NCBI GenBank assembly: GCA_000165425.1
Contig: CT868130.1
Location: 434,001-498,000 of the forward strand
Direction of reading: 5' to 3'
DNA length: 64,000 bases
From: Paramecium tetraurelia
Taxonomy: Eukaryota
Part shown: piece by piece, positions 13,348 to 25,951 of the stretch
How the letters are laid out: each line of letters begins with the position of its first letter
How positions within the stretch are numbered: the stretch's first letter is position 1
Notes under the pieces: model-generated
Told to the model about the DNA's origin: nothing
The model's input: the letters and a program-made list of their open reading frames with translations, nothing else
Database searches by the model: none
Translations under genes and position numbers: made by a program

Positions 13348-14467
13348 ATGAAATAGTAATAAGGAGTTGTTGTTGTTTAACCTAAATATTATGCCACCTT
13401 CAATCAGACTCAACCCCCATCTTATTGGGACTATGAGAATGCTAAAATCGAATATGGGTATAATTTAATTCTTATATCTCAGATCAGAAGAACCTTATGA
13501 GGCACTTTGTAAAATTGGCAGAGGCAAATATTCCGAAGTCTTTGAGGGAGTAGACAATAAGAATGGAATGAAGGTAGTACTTAAAGTGCTCAAACCTGTT
13601 AAAAAAAGAAAAATACGTAGAGAAATCCGCATTCTTTAAATCTTAAAAGGAGGCACTAATATTATTGATCTTTATGATGTGGTCAGGGATGAAAATTTAA
13701 AAATCCCAACTTTAGTAAAAGAATCAAGTTAACCTAGATCTTCCCTTATATGGAGAATACAGATTTTAGAAGCATGTTCCCTAAATTAACAGATAATGAT
13801 ATCAAGCATTATTTATTTGAATTGTTAAAAGTAAACTAAAACTTAAAATAGGCTTTAGATTATGCTCATTAAAGAGGTATATTTCATAGAGATGTGAAAC
13901 CATAAAATATTATTGTCGATCCAAAAACTAGAACCTTGAAACTTATAGACTGGGGATTGGCAGAATTTTATCATCCCTCACAAGATTATAATGTTAGAGT
14001 GGCATCACGATATTTTAAAGGACCAGAATTATTGGTGGACTATTTATATTATGATTATTCTTTGGACATATGGAGTACTGGTGCAATGTTTGCTTCCATG
14101 GTATAGTGATATAGTGAATTTTAGATTTTTAAAAAGGAACCGTTCTTCCAAGGGAATGATAATTATGACCAATTAGTAAAGATTGCTAAGGTCTTAGGAA
14201 CAGATGGTTTAAAATAATATATAAAAAAATACAATATTAAATTGGATAATGCATACAATGGACTCTTACTTAAGTATAAAATTCATACTATTTATTTGCT
14301 ATCCGAAACAAGATTGGCTATCCTTTGTTAATTAAGACAATGCTAATTTGTGTAGTTTGGATGCCATTGATTTGTTGTCTAAAATGTTACTATACGATCA
14401 TGCAGAAAGAATCACTCCAAAAGATGCTATGCTACATCAATATTTTGCAGAATTAAAAAAGAATTGA
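13348..14467 (+). CDS. CK2A: Casein kinase 2 catalytic (alpha) subunit
   Basis: [82 protein letters not shown]. Five introns (25, 23, 21, 24, 25 nt) give 333 aa; the last one has a non-canonical acceptor. Confidence 0.95.
14274..14298 (+). other. Putative 25-nt intron with GT..TG ends in CK2 alpha
   Basis: gtataaaattcatactatttatttg; its removal restores the conserved CK2 C-terminus ([14 protein letters not shown]...[19 protein letters not shown]); no nearby AG gives the right frame. Confidence 0.7.
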
Positions 14468-14504
14468 ACGATATAATAGATATATTAAATATATATTATT
14501 AAAA

Positions 14505-16179
14505 TCACCTGTTTCGCCTATTTTTATTCCCATTTCTTAGGATTTCTTTAAATTGCCTTATGATAAACTGTATATTTACGCTTAAACTTGTTTTTCTAGC
14601 AGTTCCTAGTATTGGAAACAAGGACCTTCTTCATCCTCCCCTATTAGCATTGCAATCGTATCATTACTCTCCAAAGGTTAAAAACCAAAATTCTATGCTT
14701 GAATCATATCCTACTTCTTCTCTGTTGTCTCTTATTATTATTATTATTGACTGTCAGTTGCAAACATATCTATGTGACTAGCTTAATAGTTTCCTGCAAT
14801 GCTAGATTGGACTGTATTCACTTAGCTATATTATGATGGTGCTAATGATGATACAGATTTGTGTCTCTCCTGACTTCTCTATATAATGGCTCTAGCCTTA
14901 GCATAAGGATCGGGAGGTCGAAGAAAGTCAAATTGACTTGATTATGATTAATTTTATGATTGCATTTCTGGAATCAGTGATTATCTTTTAGTGTTCTTAG
15001 CAGGACTTTTCGATTTTGATACTTTCTCACTATCAATTTCTGGTTTCAACTTACTTTATGTACTGATATTATTTTTGGTTTATTTTTTATTTGGATCATT
15101 GTGAGATGAATCCTTTTTAATATTTCTCTATGAGTTGTGTTGGGATTACTACTTTTCAATAATTAGATAAATAATTTACATCAGATGACTTTCGTTCCAA
15201 TAATGCCCATTCATATTTATAATCTAATTCAATTTTGTTATCACTTGCGCATTTCCGCATCAATTATTTTAAATATTCATAGTCAGGTGTTTATTTAAAT
15301 TGCAATTTTTTAACATATTCAAAGTACTTTGAAAATTCATTAGGCATGTCTTTACACAACTCTTCAATTAGGATTTACATCTTCATTTTTCCAACTACTT
15401 TAGTTTTCTCTTTATCACTTACATTTTATAAATTTTACCAAGGTAACGAACCTTTATATAAAAATACCAGCATATATCCCAAAGATTCTAAATCATCTCC
15501 CCTTCCTAATTCAAAACCCTTATGAGCACCAATCGAAGCATATCGCGTTGTTCCTATAAAGGGTTTTCCATCCCTGAAGGGTCTATCATAATTTCAATTT
15601 TATTATATACACATGATTTCCATTAGCATCCTTAAAAACCTTTGAAATTCCAAAATCAACTAAAAATATTTCATTATGATCACGCCCGACGAGTACATTC
15701 TCTGGTTTCATGTCTCTATGAACAATTGATCTATGAGTATTTTTGATTATCATACTTTAAATGACATTGCTCCAAAATTGTTATCATCTACTCAGCTAAC
15801 ATTATCAGTGTTTTCAATTGAAATCGTTTTAGATGCTTTGCGTAATAAGCCAAATCTCTTCCCAACAATTAAATGACCATAATATTATAAGGTCCTTCTG
15901 AACCAGACCAATGCAATTTTGGAATTCCTTTTATACCTTACAACCGCTATAAAATTTATGACTAAGCTATGGATTCTAAAATTTATATACTTCTCTATCT
16001 AAAGACTTAGCTTCGTCGCTCTCTTCTTTCTCAATCTTCAATGCAATTTATTCACCTGTTTTTTTGTCTTCTCCTTAAAATACAACTCCGAATGATCCAG
16101 AACTTAATTTCTTTAGGACAACAAACTAATTATTGAAAATTTTCAATTCCTTCTATTGTTGAATAGAATTCGATGCCAT
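14505..16179 (-). CDS. CK1: Casein kinase 1 family protein kinase
   Basis: [74 protein letters not shown]; Ser-rich tail ending KNRRNR-TGA. Confidence 0.93.
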
Positions 16180-16590
16180 TAATTAATTTAATTATGTTTT
16201 GAACTTGAAACCACTCGATTCTAAATAACTTCATTTAGATTATATATTAATAAACTCTCAATATATGAATGAAAACAACATTAGTATAGTGTGATATTCT
16301 TCCTAAAAAAATAATTCTTTTTCATGAAAGAAAAAATTAAGATAAAAAGATATTTATATGTAAATTTGTCTGGAAGCATTATTGCAAATAAATCTATATA
16401 CTAATTTCAACAGTATTGATACTTCAAATTTGTAATCAAAATTTTATTTTATATATTAAATTCGCATTTAATTATAAATAAATATTTTTATAATTTATTA
16501 GAATTACAAGCATTATTTAAACTCCATAATGGCAATCAGATTGGCAATATTCTAAAATATATGACAGTATTTAATTTAATTAATAAATAT

Positions 16591-17409
16591 ATGATAAATT
16601 TAATCTCAATCATACAAATTTTCATATTTAATATTTTAGGAGCACTTATTGCTAAATACCAATGTGATTGCTCATTATTTGTAGATGAAGTAGTTTGTTT
16701 AGGAATAGAAACTTGTGATTGGATTAATGATCTCTGTGTCCAAAAGGATTGTTCTAATATTGATGAAATTGAATGTGACTTAATGGGGAAATGTAGCCTT
16801 AATCCTGAAGGAAAATGTGAAGCGACTCAATTTTGTTAGGAGTATTAAGTCAAAGACGAAATTGATTGCATGATAAAAAAAGGAAATTGTGCTGCTCAAA
16901 ATAAAAAAAATGACGCTGGATTTTATTAATGTAAAAACTATATTTCCGTTGATTGTAATTCATTAGCAGCTGAAAATTGCACTAATAATTATGAAGACGG
17001 GCAAACATTCTGTTGGTTAAATTCAACTAAACAATGTTAAAGCTATAGCATAAATTCTTGTGAAGGGTTACCGTTAGATATCTGTAGTAAATTAAATTGT
17101 AAAACCTCAATTGGTATTTGTTCATCTTTTAAATGCTCTGATATTACATCTTAAGATTAGTGCAAATATGTAAAAGATGGTTATTGGGGAGTGTTGACTC
17201 TTTGCAATTGGAAGGATGATTCGAATCCAACATGTATTGATAGAATTGACACCAAAGATTTCACCAATCAAACCTGTTCAAAGTTAACAGATGCTCGATA
17301 TTATTGGAAAGATGAATCTTGTGTATCATGTCCCAAAAATTATGAAGATAATTCTAATTCCTAGGTTTATTTAATTCTCTATTTAATTTGTATTTTGATT
17401 GAATTATGA
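16591..17409 (+). CDS. Cys-rich surface protein (mini-antigen-like), predicted signal peptide and GPI signal
   Basis: Intronless 272 aa; hydrophobic N-terminus MINLISIIQIFIFNILGALIA; regularly spaced Cys with C-x-W motifs; hydrophobic C-terminus SQVYLILYLICILIEL. Confidence 0.8.
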
Positions 17410-18031
17410 AATTATTAATACCAAAAAATAATCCGATAAAATTTATAAGATATAATTAATTTTAAAGTAGATTATTGTATATATTAAAAGAGACTATTTT
17501 AATTTTGGTTATTCCACTAGAGTTTATTAATCTAATAAGTCTTTTAGTCTAAATTAAACAAAGGATCTAATTTTGTATTAAATTGATTTTTGAGATAAAT
17601 GGTAATATTGAAGTAAGAGATTAAAATGCAAAACGTAGTTAAATCTTAATATCTACAAAGAAATAGAAAAATCGAAAGATTTTTATGGAAAATAAAATTA
17701 ATTAATGTGTAAATAAAATTGGAAATATTATGTGCAAATTTTTAAATTATTTTATACATTTAATGAATATAATGTTTTTCTTCCGTATATTATTAATAAT
17801 ATTTATATATTAATTATGGTATTTGGATATTAAAGTTTAAATTTAAAATCTTCATGTATAAATATATGATTTAGGGTTCAGGTAAATTATATTTCTGGTT
17901 TTTTTGAATTCTCAGAATTAATGAAAAGTGGGAATGTTTAATCATATTTAATTAATTGGGTATTAGTATATGAGTAAATTTATTCTAATGAATTTGGATA
18001 AATTATTATAAAATACCAAACTCTTATTAAA

Positions 18032-19695
18032 ATGGATTCAATTGACTACCAAGAAGCTAAATTCAAATTCGAAGGTGTTCGTAAGCACTTCTTTAAGGAT
18101 GTCACTTATCATATAACAGTATTTGAAGATATGGTCACCATGGGGACAGTAGAAATTTAATACAATGTTATAGACTTCAGATTGTCAAAACCCCAAATAC
18201 AAACTAAAGTTGAATCTTGAAACAAAAATAAATTGGGAGTTGCGAAAGAATAAAAAAGAACTTGATTACTTTGAGTTTGATCATTAAAATAAAAGGAAGG
18301 TTGTTCATGCCCAACCAGATGATCTATCTAAGTAAGTTAATTCTATAATTCAGATTCAAAGAACTATTATCAGGAAGAGTAACTTTTGAAGGCATTGGAG
18401 ATTTATACTAGCCTCTATTTCAGATAGGAAAGGGAAGCTCTGCCAAGGTATGGTTTATTTGTGTATTTTTAGGTATATAGTGCAAGGAGTGCATTAGATT
18501 AAAGAGTATATGCTGTAAAAGCCATAGAAAAAGCATTTCTTAAGATCTCCGAAAATGCAAATGGACTCGTAAATAAATTCAACATATTTAGCGTGCCTTT
18601 TAATCCGAAGTTCAAATTCTCAGAGCATTATAATAATATGAAAACAATTTTCTCGTCTTTAAAGAAATATATGAGGGGGACAATACATTATATGTAGTTA
18701 CATCGTATTTAGAGGGATTGAGTCTTAGCGAAGAATTAGATAAAGCAAAGGTAAAATTAAATGTCAAACATAGACCTTGCCTAATAGAAGACTACCTATA
18801 AATAATGTTAGGACAATTATGAGGAAGCTGTTAGGTAATTTAAAAATTTTACATTCTCATCGAGTATTTAATTAATATAGCGTTTTAGATTATTCATAGA
18901 GATTTAAAGCCAGATAATTTGATGTTTTCTAGAAAGAATGATTACACATCATTAGTTCTCGTAGATTTTGGACTTGCCACTTCAGAACTTCTTGATAAGT
19001 ATAATTATCAATCAAAATTAGATATTTATTTCCAAAATGTGGAACTCCAGGATACGTAGCTCCTGAGGTCTTGAGCTCTAGATCCGACCAAAGATATAAT
19101 TGTAAAGTAGATATATTTTCTGCTGGATGCATTTTCTATAAATTGCTTACTGGACATAGTTTATTCATGGGGTCAAACTTTGATGAAGTCTTGAATTCCA
19201 ATAAAACCTGCTATGTCGATTTAGATTTACCAATGGATGGCATTTATATAACAGAATAATCATTAGTAATAATATTTGCTATTATAGGATATTCTGAAAA
19301 AGATGCTAAACAAGAATCCAAAAATCAGGGTAAGTGCTGCTTAAGCATTATCCCATTAATTTTTTGATTCGAATAGTGATTTTAGCACTTAAGCTATTTA
19401 ATCTGGTGGGTTACATATAACAAAAAATGCCATATATTAATTAAATTTAGCAGAATCTGAATCTAAATACAATAGTGAAAATGAAATTAATGATGAATAA
19501 TAATAGAATTCTAAAATTAATGATTTAAAAAGATACTCATTAATGAATGAAATACCTCTTTCAGCAAAAAGGGGGAGTGCATAATTTTCGGGCACTTTTT
19601 ATCAAAAGGATCCTTTGTCAGCCATTAAATCACTAAAGATACCAGTTGAAACATCTCAACCACTTAAACTAAGTTGTCATTTTTCACCTGCTTGA
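18032..19695 (+). CDS. CAMK-group Ser/Thr kinase with N-terminal extension
   Basis: IGKGSSAKV, YAVK, IIHRDLKPDNLM, LVDFGLA, CGTPGYVAPE, DIFSAG; eight 21-25 nt introns; TGA 19693-19695. Confidence 0.9.
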
Positions 19696-20222
19696 TTTTG
19701 ATTCTTATCTTATTATAATATTATCAAAAATAATAATTCGCTTAAAAAAAAGAATTATTAGAGTCCCCTCATTTTATTATAATTAATTTTGTGATAATAT
19801 TTCAATATTGGAACTTAATTCCATAATAGGTTATAAGAACTTGATCTATTAAATTCTTTTAAAGATTTTATAAAGTCATTTTTAATAAATCCTCATTAGT
19901 TTAAAAAACCATATTATACTTTGAGATATTTTAGAATTTTGGAGATTGGTTTAAAAATTCTCTCAAATTTATAGGAATTCATAGGATTTTTATTCCTATT
20001 TATTTTTTCCTTATTTCTTTTAAATTTGATTGAAACTACTATTTGAGTAAAGACATAGATAGTAGTAAATCTTCTTGATTATGATCTTAGGTTGATTCTA
20101 AAATAATTCATAATTACTAAGCCATTAAGAAATTAATAATATTATGAATTACTTTTTAATTTTCCTGGTGATATTTGGCATATTAAAGGTTCAGGCCTGT
20201 AATTGAAACATAAAAATAAAAA

Positions 20223-21165
20223 ATGATGAAAGAACCTGAGAAGATCATAAAAAAACAACACATAAATGGATAACTTAAATATTAGGTGAAATGGAAAGGT
20301 TTTGATGAAACGACTTGGGAAGTAGAAGAGAATGTAAAAAAGTACAAAGAGCTAATTGAAGATTTTAACTATTTCTGTTTGACAGGAGAAAGATATGACG
20401 ACAAGAAACTTGATGAAATTAGATAAATTACAGCATAAGCGTAACCCAGAACTGCAATAAAAAGAGTGGCTGGACCTAGACCTCCTGATCCTAATAAAAA
20501 GGAGAAAAAGGCAGAAAAAGTAGATCAAAAATATTCAGAAATCAGTGAAACATTGTCTCAGAGTCAACTTGAGAATGGCAATATCAACCCCATTCAATTT
20601 GCATCTAATAATAATAACACTCAAAATAGTAATGAAAATTAGACTTCTAACATCTCCAATTAAACTAATGTAGTTTCAAACTCATAAGCAGCATTGATTG
20701 TCAATATGCATTAACAGAATCATAAAACTGGCAGCATAATCTCGTTAAAGTAACAGGAATTAACTTAGTAAATAATATTATTTATTTTTATTAGAAAAGT
20801 AACCTAGCACTATGCAAATTAAGATGACAAATTAGCCATGATAAAATTGTAAATAACTGAGGATAATTGTGTTTTCTAATTATAATGGAAATAGAGAGCA
20901 GATGGAATAACACCCCTTCCAGAATTTTACAGCTACGACCAATTTAAATTGCAGGCTCCATTGTTTTTTATCAAATTCATAGAGACTTGTCTGTTGGAGT
21001 GTTCAAGCAGTGATAGTGACATCAAGTAACGAATCAATATTTAACTTTAGATTTGAAATAGCAGGAAAGGACTTGTTAGAAAAAACAAATTTAATCAAAG
21101 GAGCATTGTAAAAAAGAGAAGAAAGTGACAAAAAGAAAAGTGCTTAACCATAATTGATATCCTGA
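20223..21165 (+). CDS. HP1-like chromodomain protein with chromoshadow-like domain
   Basis: N-terminal chromodomain EPEKIIKKQHINGQLKYQVKWKGFDETTWEVEENV; N/Q-rich hinge; shadow-like FQLQWKQRADGITPLPEFYSYDQFKLQAPLFFIKFIE; introns of 27 and 25 nt give 296 aa. Confidence 0.82.
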
Positions 21166-21267
21166 TTTTATGCATATTAAATTATTATAACAATGAAGAG
21201 TCTTCAAACAAGAATCGAATTCATCCATCAACAACATAAATTAATAAATACATAAATAAAAATATTA

Positions 21268-21865
21268 ATGTACCTAACAACACCCTAAAGATATCCATTA
21301 TTCAAAGGTGTCCCCAATTCTCCAGTCATGCCTCGTCAATTCTACTAAGCATCCTCCCCTACAATGAGTTTCGCCAACCCTTTCGTTTAGTAAAATACTT
21401 ATCGTCCTCATCCATCTCTGCCCACAAGTCAAAGAGGCCCTATTCCACCTCAAAATCCATATCAAAGACCATCAACTCCCCAAGCTCGAATCACTGGAAA
21501 AACAGTACCCTCAAATCCCCCTCCTCAAAGAGCGCAAGGAAGTTTGCCCAACAATTTAACTCCAAAGGGATAGAATCCATAAACCTTAATCCAAAATAAA
21601 CCCTATACAAGAACAATGCCCTAACCTAATATTAAACCTCAAAGTGCACCCTAACCTAATATTAAACCTCAAAGTGCAATCCCAGTAATTTATTGCAATA
21701 ACAGATTAGGCTAACCAACAATAAATGATATAGTCATTGAGCAAAGAAAATTAAGATTTAAAAAAGAAATTGGCCGAAAAAGATTTAGAATTATAAAAGT
21801 TGAAGACGAAGGAAGAAGCCTTGGAGTAGAAATTCAAAGAATTATAAGATTAATAGAAGAGTTGA
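21268..21865 (+). CDS. Pro/Gln-rich protein with C-terminal coiled coil
   Basis: MYLTTPQRYPLFKGVPNSPVMPRQ...; one 25-nt intron, then ANQQQMIQSLSKENQDLKKKLAEKDLEL...; 190 aa. An in-frame upstream ATG at 21193 is an alternative start. Confidence 0.75.
21619..21678 (+). repeat. Perfect 2 x 30-bp tandem duplication encoding PQPNIKPQSA twice
   Basis: ccctaacctaatattaaacctcaaagtgca at 21619-21648 and 21649-21678. Confidence 0.95.
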
Positions 21866-21892
21866 CTTAAACAAATAATATTTATATATTAA

Positions 21893-22877
21893 TCATTCTT
21901 ATGACCATCTGGCAATTCTATCCAAATTATCATTTAATAATTATTAAGCTTCCCTAACTCTATCCAATATGAATTGTCTATTAAATTATTATATGCATTA
22001 CATCGAATCATTTCTATCTTACAACTTTTGCCCAACTTCCTTAACCCCTTCCTTTCCTACACTTAGTTCATAATCTTTTTATTCAAAATGATTATCCAAT
22101 TGCTAGTAATGTCTGAAAGAGAACTACATCATTAAATAAATACGCAGTGATCTCCTGTCAATTATTGTACAATCTAATATTTTCTTGTTCTTAGGCTTCA
22201 TCAGCTTCTAAACTAGCAAGCACTGCCTTGTTAAGACTGCCTAAAAGATTTAAAACCTTTTCCACTTATTCAGTATCTAAATGAGGAGTTATCTACATTT
22301 GATTATCTATATACTTGAGCCAATACTTCAACATGTTTTCCTCTGCCCATTTATTTAATTTCTTCAAGAAGATTATCCTTTTCAATGAGACTATGACCTT
22401 CGGTTGAAAGTGCATGTACTCTCTCAATCAAAAGAGATATTGTTTCTAGTTTTACATTTTAATTGGCAAGTCTTTTTTAATATGATGTTTAATCTTAAGA
22501 GAAGAGATTATCAATAATTTATTATTATTGATTCAAAACTGATATTTTTTAGCTGCCCTGCTTCCTTTAATTCATGTACTTCATTGACTAAACCTTATAA
22601 TCCAGATTCGAGAGGTTGTTGTTATTCATTTAAGTATTTTTCATCTTCTGCCTAATCGTCAGCTAAATGTTTTCTTAATTCTTCCACATGTTCTTCCAAA
22701 TCCTAAAGTGTTGCCCCTTTTAAATAAATGCTTAATGCTCTCCAAATAATTTATTTCCGAAATCACTTGAATTTGCAAATTGTCCAACACTTCTTAAAAG
22801 GCTGAATGATTTGCTGTTTAAAGCATAAGGTTATTAGATATCGCTAGACCTATTAGACATAAAGAAATCAGCTTCAT
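21893..22877 (-). pseudogene. Trichocyst matrix protein (TMP/GRL)-like pseudogene
   Basis: Signal peptide MKLISLCLIGLAIS; TMP-like blocks DFGNKLFG, ELRKHLADDQAEDE and VEKVLNLLGSLNKAVLASLEADEAQEQE fall in different frames; in-frame TGA after YNN (~22158-22160); short introns still recognisable. Confidence 0.7.
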
Positions 22878-22897
22878 AAACGTTTTTATTTTAAATA

Positions 22898-23464
22898 ATG
22901 ATAACTTAAGACAAATTAAATTTCCTCAACACACTTCTTGATTAAGAACTTTAACAATTATCTAAAAGTAGTGATTTACGAGATTTGCATAATAAGATTT
23001 AATCCCTTGAATCCCACATTCAACGAAATATAGACAAACAACTTGGTTCATAATAATCAATTATTGAAAGGGCATTTCCAACTTTAGGTGTGAAAGATTC
23101 AGATGATGATTTCACTCCATTCAAGTAAACACAAAGGAAATCTACTCCAGTCAAAGCTAATTCCTCAAAACATAAAAAATAATCAATTGAACAAAAAAAA
23201 AGTCTTAAGAAAACATCCCAAGAAAAAATAAATGCCAAAGCCTTGATTCTGGAGAAATAGAAAAATACAGAGCTTCAATCTGAAGTTAAATAATTGTCTA
23301 AAAAATTAAAAAAAGCCTAAGCAACTATTACATAATTAAAATAAGAGTTGTTAGAAAATGATAAATATAAGGAAAACTTTCTCAAAAGTGAATCAATCCG
23401 ACAATAATAAAAGGAGTTGATTCAATGTCTGAAAAAAGAAATTGATCAACTCAAAAGAAAATGA
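22898..23464 (+). CDS. Hypothetical coiled-coil protein
   Basis: Intronless 188 aa, MITQDKLNFLNTLLDQELQQLS ... ESIRQQQKELIQCLKKEIDQLKRK-TGA. Confidence 0.75.
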
Positions 23465-23695
23465 ATTTGAAATATTTTAAAGCTTACTAATATAAATTTG
23501 CAATCCACATCGATTTTTATACTAATTATAAATAGTCTAGCATTCTATGCAGATATGATTATTTTTGTTGATTCCACACTCCTCTTTTTGTTAATACTTC
23601 CAAAATATAACTAATCAATTTTTGTATAATCTCTAATGTATGATTTAAGATGCCAATTTGTAATTATCATTATATAATATAAAATTCTAAAGTTA

Positions 23696-25791
23696 TCAAC
23701 CATTTTTTTATTCTTACTATTATTTCCATAACTTAGCATTATTTAAGAGCATTCCTAAATTCTTTTATTGAGGATTCTCTTCTGGGAAGATATAATCATA
23801 ATATTCCTCATAACCTAAAAATAAATAATAGAAATTTACCAAAATCTTCACTTTCATCTCCCAATAATTTGATTTTCCTCTTCTTGATTGTTTTAGTAGG
23901 TTGTTTATCACTAATCTTCTTTATTTCTTGTTCATCTCCAATTTCTATTTCCATATCCTTCCATTACTCTAACAATATAGCTCTTTCTTCTTTTAGTTCT
24001 GGCTTTCCTATGTAGCATTTCTCTCCTCTCTACATAACTGCTCTAAATCCAGTAATATTCTTGATTGATAATTCAAATTAAGCATAACTGATCCAAATTT
24101 TAACATGTTTGGATCTTTCAAGTAGTTTTTCATATAACTCTCTGACTTTTTCATAATTCTACAACTTAATTTAATTATCGATATATGCTCTCCATATAGT
24201 TTCTGGCATGTTCATTTGATTATTCTACAATGCTAATTCAAATATCATTTCTGATCTTTCATATTCTTCTAAATCATTTTCGAATTCTGCAAATTTAATC
24301 CAAGGAATGGGATTATCTGGGAATATTTCAATAAACCTCTAATATAATATTCTAGCTCTGTCAATATTTGCTAATTGCAATTCTATTTGGATGTATTCCT
24401 GGAATATTTTAATATTTGGGCAGATACCAATAGCCAAACCGTAAACCTTTCTCATTTTATCAATATCTTTACTTCTTACTAATAATTAAGCATATAATAT
24501 CCACAATTTAGAGAAGGTAAATTATTAATGAGGAACTAATTAAATAGCTCTTTCAAATATTTCAATGGCTTTTTGAATATTATTTGCTTCTAATTCTTCA
24601 AATACAGCATAATTATACCATAAATATATGTATCTTCTCCAAAATCTTTTTTCATTACCTGGAGGAACATTCTTAATAGCAGCTTCAAAAGATTCTCTTA
24701 TTCTATTAACATCTTTAGTACTCATTTCTAAATTAGCTAAATCAAACCATGCATCATAATTATATGCATTCTATGATATCAATTCCTTATAAAATATTCT
24801 TCTCTTATTAAGAATGATTTAATCAATTTCATCCTTTTCTCCATATTGTTTTTCAAATGCCAAATATTCTTAATATAATTAATATGCTTTATCTTTGGCT
24901 ATGTTTTTCAATCCAAATCTAAATATTTCTCTAGCTCTTTCATATTCTTTATTTCTAATTTCAAATCTGCCAAAATCTATAAAGTATTCTTCTTTTAATG
25001 CTTCTTATCCTAATTCTTCTAAAGTTCTTTCATAAATATTTCTGGCTGACTCCCAAGCTTTTTATTTAATTTCAAATTTTGCTACCTTCAAATAAACTTT
25101 TAACTTAGGAAATGCTTCCATATACTTATACATAATTTATCTTTGATTTTCTCTTTCTCCCATTCTTTCTTCAAATTTCAAGAAGGCCATCCATGCTTTT
25201 TCTTCTGGTTTCCATGTCATCCATCTATTAAATATTTCTCTTGCTGCCTAATAATTGCCCAAAACTTCCTCCATATAACTATACTTAAACCAAAACTAAT
25301 CAATTCTTGGCATTTGATAAATAGCTCTTTCAAATACATTTCTGGCATGATTAATAAATTTATGTCTCATCTCCATTTCGATATATTTCATCCAAACTCC
25401 AATGTTAGAAGGATCAACCTCTAATGCTCTTTCGTATATGGATCTAGCCCTTCTAAATTCTAACAATCCCTCCTCAAATTAAGCATATCTGATCCAAATT
25501 CCCAAATAATTTCTTTATCTTCTAACTCTGTTTTCAAATAAGATTCTTTTCCTGAATTTATATTCTTATAATTCAGCCTCATCCATAATCCTTTGTTGAG
25601 GAGGTCTAATTTCTTTGGTTTGATGGATTTCAGCATCCTAAAATGAAAATAATTATAAATAATACTTTCAATAATTACTCTGCTGTAATTTAGATATCGT
25701 TGGGTTGATTATTTTAAATGCCAGGAGGTCTCATTTCAACCAGATTCCTACCTTAGGCATCGACCATAAACTTTTATTCAGCTATTGACAT
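23696..25791 (-). CDS. CRNKL1: Crooked neck / Clf1 HAT-repeat splicing factor
   Basis: [92 protein letters not shown]; two introns give 680 aa. Confidence 0.95.
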
Positions 25792-25951
25792 ATTTTATAT
25801 AAATTTATTAATATTCACACATTCTTGTAAATAAATTTTGTGTTTATATTTGTCATAACAAATTTATATAATATGGGACATATTCTATCGAGATACAAAT
25901 GTTCATTAAACTACTTTTTATTTATTAATATTTAATTTCAAATAGCGGGAA

